Below, piece by piece: positions 28,145-42,307 of a DNA stretch of 64,000 nt. The stretch is taken from contig CM022679.1 of assembly GCA_012295275.1 (NCBI GenBank), positions 28,520,001-28,584,000 of the forward strand. The letters run 5' to 3'. The stretch is from Chrysomallon squamiferum. Its lineage: Eukaryota > Animalia > Mollusca. Both the position numbers and the translations under genes were made by a program. The notes under the pieces are model-generated. The model searched no databases. It saw only the letters and a list, made by a program, of their open reading frames with translations, and was not told the DNA's origin. Numbering within the stretch: position 1 is the first letter of the stretch; each line of letters opens with the position of its first letter.

Positions 28145-29950
28145 ATGGATGACGTCATCGGTGACGTCATAACCTAGATACCTAGAAAGTACTTATTTAT
28201 GGAAAGATGAAGAAAGCAGTTTTAAGAAAAATCACATGACGTTTCTTAAATAAAAAATAAAAACATTAAAAAAAAAGAAAAAAAACAAACACAAAGAAGA
28301 AAGAAAAAGATTTTTTTAAAAAGAAGAAAAAAGTTGTTAGACATATTTAAAGAAAAAGAAGGAAAAAAAAGTACTTCCAGTAAATAGATGGGCCATACGA
28401 TATTCTTTGTAAGGGCTCATCGTTTAGTTTGGAATTCGAAGAGATTTTCTCTCTTTAAGAATTGACAGTAGAACATGCTGTTAGTGCACAACGATTGATA
28501 TCATGTGATACTCGCGTATCTGTGAAAATACGAGAAATTTCCTGTTAATAGACACACATTAACTTTACTCTTTAATTCTACTGGTATAAATGACGTCATT
28601 CTATTATTAAATATTAATACATAAAGGTGACGTCATGTATATTACTAGTAGTTCTAGAGGTGGCGTCATAATTGTTACTAATAGTAGTTGAAGTGACGTC
28701 ATTCGCTCTAATTTAGTCATTTAGACAATTATTTACAAATCGTCGGATCGCTTGTTCGCTGTGGTGGAATTACTAGAACAGAACAGAATCCGGTAGAACG
28801 GTTTGCTGACAGTTTTGTATATTTTGCACAGACAAAGCTATTTTTGGTTTGTAGTGTTTAAGGCCAGAATTTTTTTATTATCTGTTTGTACATGATGAGA
28901 CTGTAGTAACAGTCTACCTCTGAATATGTATATTTGCGTTCTATGTTAACTATTTATTGGTTGTGAAGTAACTTGTTTGTTGGTACAAATATTTTAGGAC
29001 AGATCACGTGATAGATGTTACAGATGAAATTCGATGTCGTCTGATTTTGATAAATAGAGTTTTTCTATTGGATAGCTGAAGAAAACATCTGATTGGTTAG
29101 GAACATTTTTTCTTGCTTATGATTGGATGGGATGAGAACCAGGAGATAGTAAAAACAAAATGGCATATGTATTTTCGTTGACATTTCTAACATACCTCAT
29201 GGACACTTTTTATTAATTATCAATGTCCAAAATGTGTGTATAAATAAATGTAAGAAATAATAATAATTATTATTATGAACTAATAATAAAATATAGAACA
29301 ATTATGGGTAAACGTGTTTAATAGCAATATAAACAATAGCTTCAGAGGTTTCAAAACTAACTTGTAATTAATTATTTAATTAATTAATTATCAAATTAAC
29401 AGATCATGATAATTAGCTGTCTAGATCAAAGTTTATCTACACCTCCAGTAGCAGAGGAAGACTGACAAGGGTGTGGCTTGTAGAAGTTGTCAACTTCAGT
29501 GAGCGAATTTTTTTGTAAAATTAATAAATAAATTTAGTTAGTAAGTAATTAAGTAAATAAATAAACAAACAAATAAATAAATAAATAAGTAGCTAAATAA
29601 ATAATAAAGAGTGATAATAATTCCTCACCGGCTCATGACTGATATATAAATATTTTGAATAGTTCTGATATTTAGATTTGTTTCACTGATTTACAAAATA
29701 TAATTTAAGGTGTTGTTGTATAACTATTTTTATATTATTTAATTATACATGGCAGATGATCATTTATTATTGTAATGATGTAACAGATTTACATCAGTTA
29801 ATTATTTCTGATAGTTTCTAGAAATCGTTCAGTCTGAAAATCGTTACCGTTAATTTCTTGTCTGTACCAACCTTTATTAATGTTTCCGTTTCCATGGCAA
29901 TTAAGAAAATCAAAGGGATAAATCAGCGATTATCTAATGTTGAAGATTTT

Positions 29951-29994
<44 letters not shown>

Positions 29995-30435
29995 TTATGT
30001 TTTGTTATCATTATTATTATAACAATTTTATGTTTTTAAAGCTATAAACGTCAGTTATATTAATTTACTTCTTCATGCGAATTGTCTTCTTTGGCAGAAG
30101 TTTTCGTTACAAACTTCGTTTCTTGAACGTTCTACAAAGCCAAATGAATCCATTTCGTGCTGCAAGTGCTTGTCATTATCAAATTTACAGACTGGCTGAC
30201 AAGAAGAGAAGAAATCGTGTTCATAATTCTGAGGAATTTCTTAATAACCTCTGCCAAGAGTGAAACAACAGTTTATGATCTTCCAAACGATGACTAAGCA
30301 CACAGCACGTGTAACTTCTTCCTCAGACAAGAAAGACCACGCAGCGATGTTTGGAAGGAATAAGCACTTGAAAATAATAATAATAATAATAATAATAAAA
30401 ATAAATAAAAAAACAGTAAACAAAAAAAATAAAAA

Positions 30436-30571
30436 CAAAATAAAATAAAACATAAAATAAAATAAAATAAAATAAAATAAAATATAAAATAAAATAAAAT
30501 AAAATAAAATAAAATAAAATAAAATAAAATAAAATACAAAATATAAAATAAAATAAAATAAAATAAAATAA
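30436..30571. repeat. (AAAAT)n pentanucleotide microsatellite
   Basis: Directly visible. Confidence 0.9.
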
Positions 30572-30871
30572 ATTTTTAAATTTTTTTTCCTTCACGTCCT
30601 TCTCAGTTAAAACACACTATTTCGAGATTTTCAAACGGTAAATGTTTTATTTTTAATTTCTTCTTCTTCTTCTTCTTCTTCTTTTTATTATTCTTCTTCT
30701 TCTTATTATTATTATTATTATTTGCGCGTGTTTATATTATATATACTGCAGGTTTATTAGTTACGCTTAGTCGTTTGCCAGTCGACGAGGATTATCTGTG
30801 ACGTCACGATTAAAACAACACTGGTCCTTCAAATTGTTACGGGTAAATCCGATAATCAGGAGAATCAGACA

Positions 30872-30915
<44 letters not shown>

Positions 30916-31369
30916 GAAAAGGAACGAAAGAATTAAAACGATTTATGTTTTTTTATTTTAGGGGAGTTGTGTAATTAAGTTATTTATTAACAATAATAAA
31001 GAAGAAAATCAAGAAATTTAATTTAATTTACTTATTTATTTTTTTATTTTTTTAATCCCCCTAACGTAGTTAATGACATCACGGATAAAGGGGTAGCACA
31101 GGGTAAAACTGGGGTAAGTACTGTCAGAAGATTAAAAAAGAAAAAGAAAAAAAAGAAATCTCCGGATACAATTCAGCTTGGGAAAATATTTCTTAATAAC
31201 CATTCGAACAGGATGAACCTTTTTGAAACTCACTTGTTTATTCATGTATATTTATAAATACTATTTTTTGTCGTGTTTTTTGTCAGTTGTACATGTTTAT
31301 TTATATATTAAGAACCAACAACGGCGGACATGTCTGTATATTTCTGTTGTGTGCCGCTATGTCTAGTAG

Positions 31370-31372
<3 letters not shown>

Positions 31373-31462
<90 letters not shown>

Positions 31463-31489
31463 TCATTATTATTATTATTATTATTATTA

Positions 31490-31564
<75 letters not shown>

Positions 31565-31694
31565 TATTATTATTACTATTATTATTATGACTATTTTTTA
31601 TTATGACTATTATTATTACTATTATAATAATTATTGTTATTATTATTATTATTGCTATTATTATTATTATTATTATCATTATTATTATTATTAT
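31373..31694. repeat. Long (ATT)n microsatellite
   Basis: Directly visible. Confidence 0.95.
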
Positions 31695-32652
31695 CAGTCA
31701 TAGATCTCTGTAAGTAGAAATTGTAAGACATATTTTGAAGAAATGATTTTGTTAATATAAGTACTTGTACAGTTAGAAATGTATTAGCTGATGTATTTGC
31801 ATAATTTAATGTCTTTTAGATGATTTTCTTTGTTAACCACATACAAAAGATTTGTTAAATATTTTATCGGTATATAGAGAAATAAAATATGTATGTATTT
31901 GTGCATTTGCCGTTGTGTATGTTTAAACTGACGACGTTGCTGATTCCGTTTCGTTTCTTTTCATTATTATTATTATTATTAATTCTCCCTGTACTGATCT
32001 TAGCGTTGACCTCAGTTATAAGAATTTTAAACTTCCCATAAACTTTGTTAACGACATTTTTCAACCGTCTTTATCGTTTTTGTTAGACATTTTTTTTTTT
32101 TTTTTTAAATCAAACGAATAAACGAATAAATCAAAATAAAAAAAGGAATAATAATAAAACATAAAAAATAAATAAATAAAATAGAAATAAAAAATAAAAT
32201 GAAATAAAAATGAAGGAAAAGAACTTATATAAATTAGATTTTTTTTTTTTTTTTTTATTATTAGCGACAGCTGATCTGAAATCGAGATAAAACAGTTTAG
32301 TTGAAATATATATATATATTTTTTTTCATTATTTATTATTTTTAATTTTTTAATTCTGTTTTTGTACGTGTTATTTGGAGGTTACCTAAAACATTTTAAT
32401 GAGAAACAAAACCATCATCGTGATGTATTAGTCAATTCATTTTATTTCGTACGTTACAATTATACTTTAATAAAAAAAAAAAAAAAAAAAATTGAAAAAA
32501 ATGAAAAGTGATTTGGAAATATATAAAATAATTTTTATTTCTGGATTTTGGTATCAACAGCATACTTGCAAGTTAACATGAAATACATGGAACAATCAGT
32601 TTTAAAATCATCACATCAGATGGTAAGCATAGTAATAAACAACTAAAACTTT

Positions 32653-32695
<43 letters not shown>

Positions 32696-33535
32696 ATACA
32701 CACACACACACATACACACAACACACACACGCACGCACACATAAACACACATATAATCTGTGGCTAAGTTTGTGCCAGTGAGTAGTATGATCTTACTAAT
32801 TCTTACAAAGCGACACATTCTTGAAGCAACCCGCGATCCTTTGACCATCAGAAAAATAAAACGTTTCTCGTTACTAGCCAGCACACCTGGGTGTTTGCAC
32901 AGGAATAAAGGCGACTTGATTGTCCGTGGACACAAAAATGTGATTGAATCGTTCTACAAGCAAACAGGAAACGAACAAAGTTGCGTTGCTTATACACGTT
33001 AGAGAGCCGCTATGTTGGTCGTTCTATTAGCGAAGTAGCCCAAAGGAAAAATCTGTCAATGGGGGAACAATCCCACACCAAAGACGTTCGCTTTCTTTGC
33101 CGATTTTTATTGAAATTTTCCAACCATCTGTCATTTTGCGATCGCGTTGTTTCCAAACACGTCTGCTTTTGAAGAAAAGGCGCGAAATTGCGACTGTTTA
33201 TGATTTGTTTTCATCTCGCGGGAGAAAGTGTTTGTGTTCGCTTATTGCTTTTCGTTTTGCTTTTTATTATTCCAGTGATGATGGACTCGTGTGTCAAATG
33301 TCTGACCTCCACGAAAATTATTTCACACAGCTAAAGATCATTCCAAAAAAAAAAAAAAAAAAAAGTCTCATAACGATCCGTTTTTGAAAGAAGACCAGAA
33401 TTGTTCACGAATTTTTTTCACTTCATTTATTATTTTTCACACTTTTAATTTTGAAATCTCTTCTTCACGCAAGCTATTATTATCGTTGTTGTTGTTGAGA
33501 TTACTACTACTACTACTACTACTATTACTACTTCT

Positions 33536-33600
<65 letters not shown>

Positions 33601-33603
33601 AAA

Positions 33604-33790
33604 GAAACTGCAGAAAGTTTTATAATTTAACAGAGAATATTTGTGTAAAGTCGCCTAAAATATGAGATAAACAAAAGCAGATTTCAACATAAATATAAAG
33701 CAAACTGCAGAAAGTTTTATAATTTAACAGAGAATATTTGTGTAAAATCGCCTACAACATTTAGCATCGAACAAAAGCAGATCATTAACA
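33604..33790. repeat. Direct duplication, about 98-nt unit, 2 copies
   Basis: AACTGCAGAAAGTTTTATAATTTAACAGAGAATATTTGTGTAAA...CAAAAGCAGAT occurs twice in tandem. Confidence 0.85.
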
Positions 33791-34038
33791 TTTGTTGATT
33801 ATTATTTACTATACGTCAAATATTTCTTTAAAAAATCATGCAGTTGAAGAAAATTAAATAATTTTTACAGATTACTAAGTTAAAAATTAAACTTTCTTAT
33901 TACAAAAGACTTACATTGTTAGACGAAAGCAAATGGTGGATCTAGAAAAAAAATAATAATAATAAAAAAAAAATTAAAAATAAAAAAATAATAATACAAA
34001 ATATTAAAATATAATTAAGTAACAAAACAACAACAACC

Positions 34039-34077
<39 letters not shown>

Positions 34078-35749
34078 ATATGTGAACATCACTATGTTAT
34101 GTCTTCAGAATGATACAAATTTCAAAAAAGAAGAGTATATAAAAATAAATAAATAAATAAAATTAAAAAAAAAAAAAAAGAAGAAAATCATCTGGACAAA
34201 TGAAAAACTGTTTGCTTGTATCAGCCGTGTTCCCTGGATTCACGCATCAAATTCAGCTGCCTGTCCTGCTAATTTTGCAATTCGTGCCAAGGAAAATGTC
34301 TCGTAAATTTTCATATCGCTCGTTTTATCTAATCTTTTTCAGCAATTTGCTCCAGGTGGTACGTCTTTGCCCAGTGCATGTAACTGAGTATAGAAAACAT
34401 AAACAATCAGATGAATTTTAACTGTATGCTACGAGATAGGAAAACGTTAAAACGTCTAATTAACCTGCATGCGATACAAAACAAGACACGTGCATTTTTC
34501 TTGCAAGAAGTAGAAAGAAAAAGAAAAAAGAACGACTGTATGTATGTATGTATGTATGTGTGTACGTACGTACGAACGCATGTATCAGTATATATAAGTA
34601 CATACGTACTTACGGTATGTGTGCGCATGCATGCATATACACATATGTACCGTATGTATTAATGTATAAAAGTACGTACGTGCATTGATGGCTATGTATG
34701 CGAATACATAAACGTGCTTACAATTATACCAATGCGTATAACATTTACGTACATACCACGTATTGATGTATGGATATGTACATGCTTGAGTTTAAACATG
34801 CGAGTTCTTTTTATATTTATTTATTGAGTTGGGAAGAAGACAAATAAAAACGAGAAGAAGAAAGAAGACGAGGGTATAAAAACAAACGGCTCACCACACA
34901 CCTGCCGAAGTTACTTCACTCCGACATTTCAGCGTGTTTGCAAGCTCCTCAGAGCTGGCGAGTGTGAAGAGATAGATCAAGTAACTGCGATGAAAAACGC
35001 CGTTAATAAGTCTGAAGCATCTCATCTTGAAAACAAGAAGCTAATAACGTTTGCAGCAATTATGACAAACGTGGATTTAATACACGACACGATAATCGTT
35101 TTAGAAAGCAAAAGAAAAAAAAACAACCGCGAATGTAGGCGAGGTTGACTACCCCGTAAATCTGTCGGTGTCGGTGAAGCTGCAGTAAATTAAGAAAATG
35201 TTCTGACAGTCGCAATTAGAAGCAATCTGTTTTAATTACCCACTGCTTGGTCGGAGACGACGTACACTTGAAGCAGGATTCAGGTCGAGTTTGAGAAGCG
35301 AGAGAGACGAGAGCTTTCTGAAATGTTTCAGTGTCGTTCACCTTCGAGCTTTCATCACAAAATGTCCTCTTTTCCGAGTCTTCATTTCTTTATGTTCTAT
35401 TCTTTTCTTTTTTTAAATTTTTGTTCTTTCTCTCTCTGTTTTTTATTCACACTAAGATAATTTCAAAGTAAACTATTTCCAGTTTAAGAAGCAGTCAGAC
35501 AACGTCTTACAGAACAGCTCTGAGGATTTTGACTTTTACTCAAAATACTCGAATTAAAAACTGTTTAATCGCGTAATTACTGTACTGTACTATAACATAA
35601 CACAATTTAAAATTAACAAAAAATACATTTAAAAATTCCTGCAAAAGTCTGTCATACTTTATATTTTAATCGTTCCCAATCACTCGTCTGTTTCAGATCA
35701 TTTCACTGAAAGATGAGATGTAAACTGATTCAAAACATGGAGATTTAAG

Positions 35750-35805
<56 letters not shown>

Positions 35806-35817
35806 TAATAATAATAA

Positions 35818-35848
<31 letters not shown>

Positions 35849-36759
35849 ATATACAAACAAATAAAACAAACACAAATAAAAGCAGTCTGCCAACTCACTG
35901 GGGGTCTACGTCTAATACTTAGCTAAATGTTTTCTGTCAAATTTTCTCTACTCTTGCAATTTTCACGAAGCAGTTCAAGTGGATGAATGTAACAGTGACC
36001 TGAATTTTCTTGTCTTCACCAAACTTACTCCAAGTCTATCACTGAAATTTGTTTTATTAACTAGTTGAAACATATTAAAACGTCACTTTGATTCTCTCTT
36101 CAATAAAAAGAAACGTTTAGTATATCATTGCAATTCTTTCATAAACTTGTTTCACCGAGTTTCTCTTCAACAAAGATACGTTTTATTTTCACGGCAGTTT
36201 AAACTGAATTTTATGATCAACAAAGATATATTTTATTATTATTTATTTTTTTTCACTGCATTTTTTTTTATAAACTAGTTGAAACTTAAATGTTAGGGTT
36301 TTGACTTCAACAAAGATACGTTCTGTAAATTTTACTGCAGCATTTAAAAAAAAAATATATATATATATATAAAAAAAATTTAATACTAGTTAAATATTAC
36401 TAGGATTTTGTCTTCAACAGTTATGTTTGGTTATTATCAATGCAAATTTAAACTTTGTGATCATTTTTAAGTGAACTGAAAAATTTCCCGGATTCTTGTC
36501 TTCTGCATAGTTTTGGAAATTGAACCAAACATTTGACATTACTTCAGGTAGAAATTCATAACCTGATTTGTCAGACGTGAACAAATAAACAGTTCTGAAA
36601 GAAAGAGTTTTATTTACTGAACACCAAACGTTTGGTGATGTGTTAGATTAACTCTAGGACAGAACTGAGGAAAACCTCTTTTTTGTACACAGCTTTGTCT
36701 TAAAGAATTGTTCTTACTTTTGGTTTGTTAGTGGAATCACAGTTCAAAAACATTTGCTG

Positions 36760-36980
36760 ACAAATTGTTTAGTGTTTATTAGTTTTATATTTATAAATCA
36801 GCAAACAAAAAATATTAGTTTTAATATTTAATATCATAGAAGAAGAAATAATGTACAATAGTCATTAATCAAGTGGTAGAAAATAATAAAAATAAAACAC
36901 ACGCACGCACTCACACACACACGCACACACACACCAGAGACCCGCACATACAAAAATGTTTGTGTATATATATATATATA

Positions 36981-37050
<70 letters not shown>

Positions 37051-37390
37051 GCATATTTAAAATAGTGTGTTTCTTTGTGTGTGGTGGGTGTGTCTGTATA
37101 AAGTACGTGTGAGTGTGTGTTCAAATTTGTGACAAAAATATTTCCACACATTTATGAATAAACAAGCACTGACTTAAGTTAGAGTTTCATACACATATCC
37201 AACACCAAATGTGATTGGCTGAATTATAAAACAACGACCAATCGTTTGTTCTGTAATAAACAGGTCCATCCAACCAGCACCATCACAAGTTCTGTTGTAG
37301 TTTAATTAAATTACTGATCAACCATCCCGTTGTGGAATGTACACCAATTTGAAAATGGTCCAAGACATTCTAGTAAACCCAAAGAATCAT
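36760..37390 (-). other. Putative non-coding 3'UTR exon of STX8
   Basis: Consensus donor GAG|gtgagt 7 nt after the STX8 stop (intron starts at 39773). Strong acceptor atttcatttctctttcag| ends at 37391. Minus-strand AATAAA at 36780-36775. The pairing of these sites and the 3' end are inferred. Confidence 0.5.
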
Positions 37391-38068
37391 CTGAAAGAGA
37401 AATGAAATATAACTTTTTTTTATTCTCTTTTAATTAATTAATAGTTGGCTTTTAGACAGCTTCCTGTTCATTTTACTCGTTGTTTTTATCTCTGGTGCCA
37501 GATAACTAAATAAAACGTTATTTAATAATGATAAAAACAATAAAAGAGAGAGGATTTCTTCTTTTCTTTCTTCCTTTAAGAAAATTAAATAATAATAAAA
37601 AAATAAAAATAATAAAAATTAAATAAAATAAAAAATAATAATAATAATAATAATAAAAAATAAAAATAATAAAAATTAAATAAAATAAAAAAAATAATAA
37701 TAATAAAAAAAAAAATTAAAATAAAAAAATAAAAATAATAATAAAAAGAAACTCAATAATTTCCCTGTAGCTGTTACAGTTTCACGGTTTCATCTGCAAC
37801 CTTTCACACCTGAATCAGACATTTTACACATCCCCAGTCTGAACTGCACAGACAGTTTGATGAAACTACCACATGTGCTGAGTGAGAGAGAAGAAAAAAA
37901 GAAAAAAAAACAACAGAAAAAACAAAACGTGGACCAGATGAAACAAGGAAGTCTGGTGGTGTAGGACGCCAAGAGGAAGCTATTTCTGAACAGAAAAATA
38001 AATTGTGAATGTTCTTTGTCAAGTTTCATTTCCCACAACAACAAACAATGAAACTGAACAAATAAATG

Positions 38069-38123
<55 letters not shown>

Positions 38124-38233
38124 AGAAATGTTAGAGAAGATGGGGAGAGAGGAACAGAGAGGAAGAGAGAAGAATGAATTATAAATTAACAAATGTTTAT
38201 TAGTAGAAAAGAATTATGAATGTAAATATGACC

Positions 38234-38273
<40 letters not shown>

Positions 38274-38602
38274 TGAGAGAGAGAGAGAGAGAGAGTCATA
38301 ATTACAGAAGGTGGGAAAGAAAAAGTAAAACGGTGCTGTACAAGCTGATGAGAAGTGCTGTTTAGAAAAGTGAGATATGAAATGAGCTGTGAAGATGAAC
38401 AAATAAACAGAGAAGTTTATTTTCTACATCTCTGCTGCAGGATGTGCATTAACACGATGTTTATAAAGTGACAAAACCTGCCACGAGCTACAAGCAGTGA
38501 ACGCTTTTACACAGAAAGTGATGTTCTGAGGTAAGTCTTCTCTACATAGTCATTACATAGTTTTAAATGAAAAGTGCACATTCTGTAAACTATTCCTTGA
38601 CT

Positions 38603-38649
<47 letters not shown>

Positions 38650-39622
38650 CTTTTTAAGCATACTCTATATTAAAAAGTTATTTGTCTGCCTTTATGTTCA
38701 TTGTTATTTAAGTCAACTATTCTGTCAGTTGAAATTTTAACTCAGTCTACATTTAAAATCTAACCTCTGTTTATAACTCACTCTGCTTTGTAAATTACGT
38801 CCACTCATTTAATTCACTCATTTAATCCACACCACAATATTAATTCAATCTAGTCTTTTAAATCAATCTACATTTTTTCTTCTTTCTCTGCTTTTTAAAC
38901 TCATTGCACACTTTTAACTCTGCCCAGATAACACATTTTACTTCTTTTTTAAACTGGCCACTGCTGGTAATTAAAATCTTTATCAGTACATGTACGAGAG
39001 AGCTCATCAACTCCACACAACTGAGATAACTCATTTCACAACCACAGCCTGATTCTGTTTGCCCGGTGAAATCACAAAATTCTCATTACCCTTTTATTTC
39101 CCTTCCTATCTTCCCACCATCTGCAAATATTACTTTTTTCTATTCATTCTTTCTTTCTTCTCCTTCTCCTTTTCCCATCATTGATATTCAGCGTCAGCTA
39201 ACAAGAAATCGCTTCACTTTCAATCCCCACCCCTCCCTCCCTCCCCCACCCTGTCTCTCGCACCCAGTGTCAGTCAGCTGATGAAATCAAAGTAGGCTCA
39301 GTCTGAGAAAGCGAGTGAGTGGCTCTTTTCCACTCGTTGTAAACGCTTCAACATCAGTTTTATGACCAGCACCATCACAGGCAACCATAAATATTATTAC
39401 ACTTGTCACCATCTCTGTACACTCGACACTTGAATACCAGTCAGAGAGTTCAATACACAGTGTTTTCTAGTCAAATACACAGTTTCATCTTAGACACTGG
39501 TAATAAACCCTCTCTCTGTCTTTCTCTCATTCTCTCTCTATCTTTCTCTCCTTCTGTTTATCTTTCTCTCTATCTTTAAATATCTCTTTTACTCTCACTC
39601 ACTCTTACTTTCTCCCTGTCTC

Positions 39623-39715
<93 letters not shown>

Positions 39716-39780
39716 TATAATTTCATATAAATAAGGAAAATTCTATTTTTAGTGATAAATAAATAAAACTCACCTCTGAG

Positions 39781-39857
39781 TTATGCTTTTCCGTGGTAAG
39801 GCACAACAGCTATAATCACAATAGCTATAAGCAGAATTATTATCACCACCCAGTACT
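39781..39857 (-). CDS. STX8: Syntaxin-8 exon 8 (C-terminal transmembrane anchor and stop)
   Basis: tttcag|AG TAC TGG...TAA. Translates (K)YWVVIIILLIAIVIIAVVPYHGKA*. The eight exons sum to 711 nt = 236 aa plus stop. Confidence 0.93.
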
Positions 39858-39902
39858 CTGAAATATCACACAATAAAAATTACAGCAATACTAGTACCAC
39901 TC

Positions 39903-39958
<56 letters not shown>

Positions 39959-40325
39959 CAACAATAACAATGATGATGATAATTATAATAATAATAACAC
40001 AAAACACATTCAATCACTCACCCTTTAAACTGAAAAAAGAGAAACAAAGATAGAAGACAAAGATCAATAGAAAAGAGAATGAAAAGAGATATTATTATTA
40101 TTATTATTATTATTATTTAACATAACATTAATGAAGAAACATATTAGACTAACCAATCAAAACCTATTTTTATATCTTAATGCTCCAACGAAATTGAAAA
40201 ATTATTTTGTTTCTTATAACAAAAATAACCAATCAACAGACTAAACAAACATTTAATTAAATACACATTTAATAAAAACAAAGAGAAAGAAAGAAACAAG
40301 TAAGTAAGTAAAGAGATTCACTTAC

Positions 40326-40427
40326 TGCAAGATGCTGATTTCTTCTCCACTATTTTTATGTGTCTTGTTTCCTTGATCAGACGATCTCCAGTTCTGTCCA
40401 CATGATCAACTATGTCATCTATCAGCT
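40326..40427 (-). CDS. STX8: Syntaxin-8 exon 7 (Qc-SNARE motif, C-terminal half)
   Basis: ctacag|AG...TGCA|gtaagt, 102 nt. Translates (E)LIDDIVDHVDRTGDRLIKETRHIKIVEKKSASC; the KSASC ending matches STX8. Confidence 0.96.
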
Positions 40428-42214
40428 CTGTAGAAAACAGTTTAATATCCAAATCACTAAGCAATACAACAACAACAACAACAACAATAAATAAATAAAT
40501 ATATAAATAAATAAATAAAATATATCAAAATTTAAATAATATTTAATTTTCTTTTTGTTTAACTATTCTAATAAAAAAAAAAATCAATTCTCAAGTATGT
40601 GAATATTAAATAAAAAACAGTTTTGATTTTAATATAAAAAATTCAAATTAAATTGTTTTTCTAAATTTATTTTTTAATTTTCTGAACTGTAGTAAAAAGA
40701 AAAATTAAAGAATTATCACAGCATTCAATATTAAAAACACATCTCTTCAAAATCAATGAGACAAATCAATAAAACAGCTTTAAAAGTATCAAAAAAGAGA
40801 AAGAGAAAATACCAGAACAGGGATAAAAACAAAGATTAACACTAGAATATTTAAAAAATATTTTTTTAAAATATTTATAAATGATAAAACACATCAGCAA
40901 GTTCTATATTAGAAAATGGAGGACAAAACATCACACAAAATGGCCTACAGCTGTCAATACTAGAGTCTGAAATCCAATAACTCCACAGACAGAAAATAAT
41001 TTATCTTGCCAATTAAATCTCACAAGTTTTGATGAGTTGTTTGGTCACTGAAAGACTGGACAAAGACTCCCCCTGGACACACACAGATTATTGGACTTTG
41101 AGAAATAATTCTTCAAAGAGACTCTGACCAGTGATAGTAAATTTAATATTTCTCTTAGTGACCACAGCAATGTTAAACAAACTATTACTGTTAGTGATCA
41201 CAGATCAAATATTTCTCTTAATAATCAGTGATATTTAATAAAATATTACTGTTAGTTATTATAATAATATTAAACTTAGTATCAATACTAAGTTTGTGAT
41301 CGTAATAATATTAAATAAAACATCAATGTTAGTTACCATAGTAATATTAAATAAATTACAAGTTAATGATCAGAGTGATATTAAATAAAATATTACTGTT
41401 AGTAATCAAAGAAAAGCTAAATGATTACCATTAGTGATCAAATTAATATGAAATACTCTTTTTCTGAGAGAAACAATATTATATAGTCTCCAACTGCACT
41501 AAAACAACAAGTAATGTACTTTAAATATTCCATGTAACATAAAGAAACTTTTCTTTCACACTGTTACACGATCAGTTACATGAAACAAAGAGATGCATGT
41601 AACTGTTAGTAACAGCTCTGTGAAACATAGTAAAGATTTTCTTAGAAAACAAATGTGTTCAAATGATGAAGAACATATTCAAATTAATACAAAGAGAATG
41701 AAAAAGTTTTTATGATGCTCAAAGATTTTCTGATACAGTGATTGGACAAAAATCAATATTTTGCTGTTCAGTTTGATTTAAATTTTGAAATGTTTACTGT
41801 CATTACACTGAATTTATTTTTTTTATTTTTTATTTTTTTATAATTCTGTGTATGTGTTGTTACACACTAAAAATATTATATATACATCTAGATGATAGTT
41901 GTATTGTTTCTCTTGGAACAGTTTGAAGTGTATAAGTAAATATATTTTGTATGTTTTACATGTTTTGTTATTAAAGTGTGCTTCCTGCGGTGTAAAACTA
42001 AACTAAATGTATAATTCCTAGTGTTTATTTATCTGTCTTTAACTTGCTGGCCAACCTTTCCTAATAATCAAGGATTACAACAATAATTTTGAGTCTAATA
42101 ACAACACAGAAAATCATGTAAAAACACACTATCAAAGTATGTTATAAACAGAAAAATATTTCTCTGCTTAAAATAGTTATTACAATGATGTGAATAGCGG
42201 TTGTGAAAACTTAC

Positions 42215-42307
42215 CATTTTGGTCGTCAACTTCATTTCCAATGTCGACAGCCATCTGCTTTTGTCTGGAGATGACATGGGACAGAGCCTCCAACCCCTCA
42301 TCTTGTT
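42215..42307 (-). CDS. STX8: Syntaxin-8 exon 6 (Qc-SNARE motif, N-terminal half)
   Basis: tttcag|AA...AATG|gtaagt, 93 nt. Translates (E)QDEGLEALSHVISRQKQMAVDIGNEVDDQN, including the zero-layer Gln. Confidence 0.96.
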
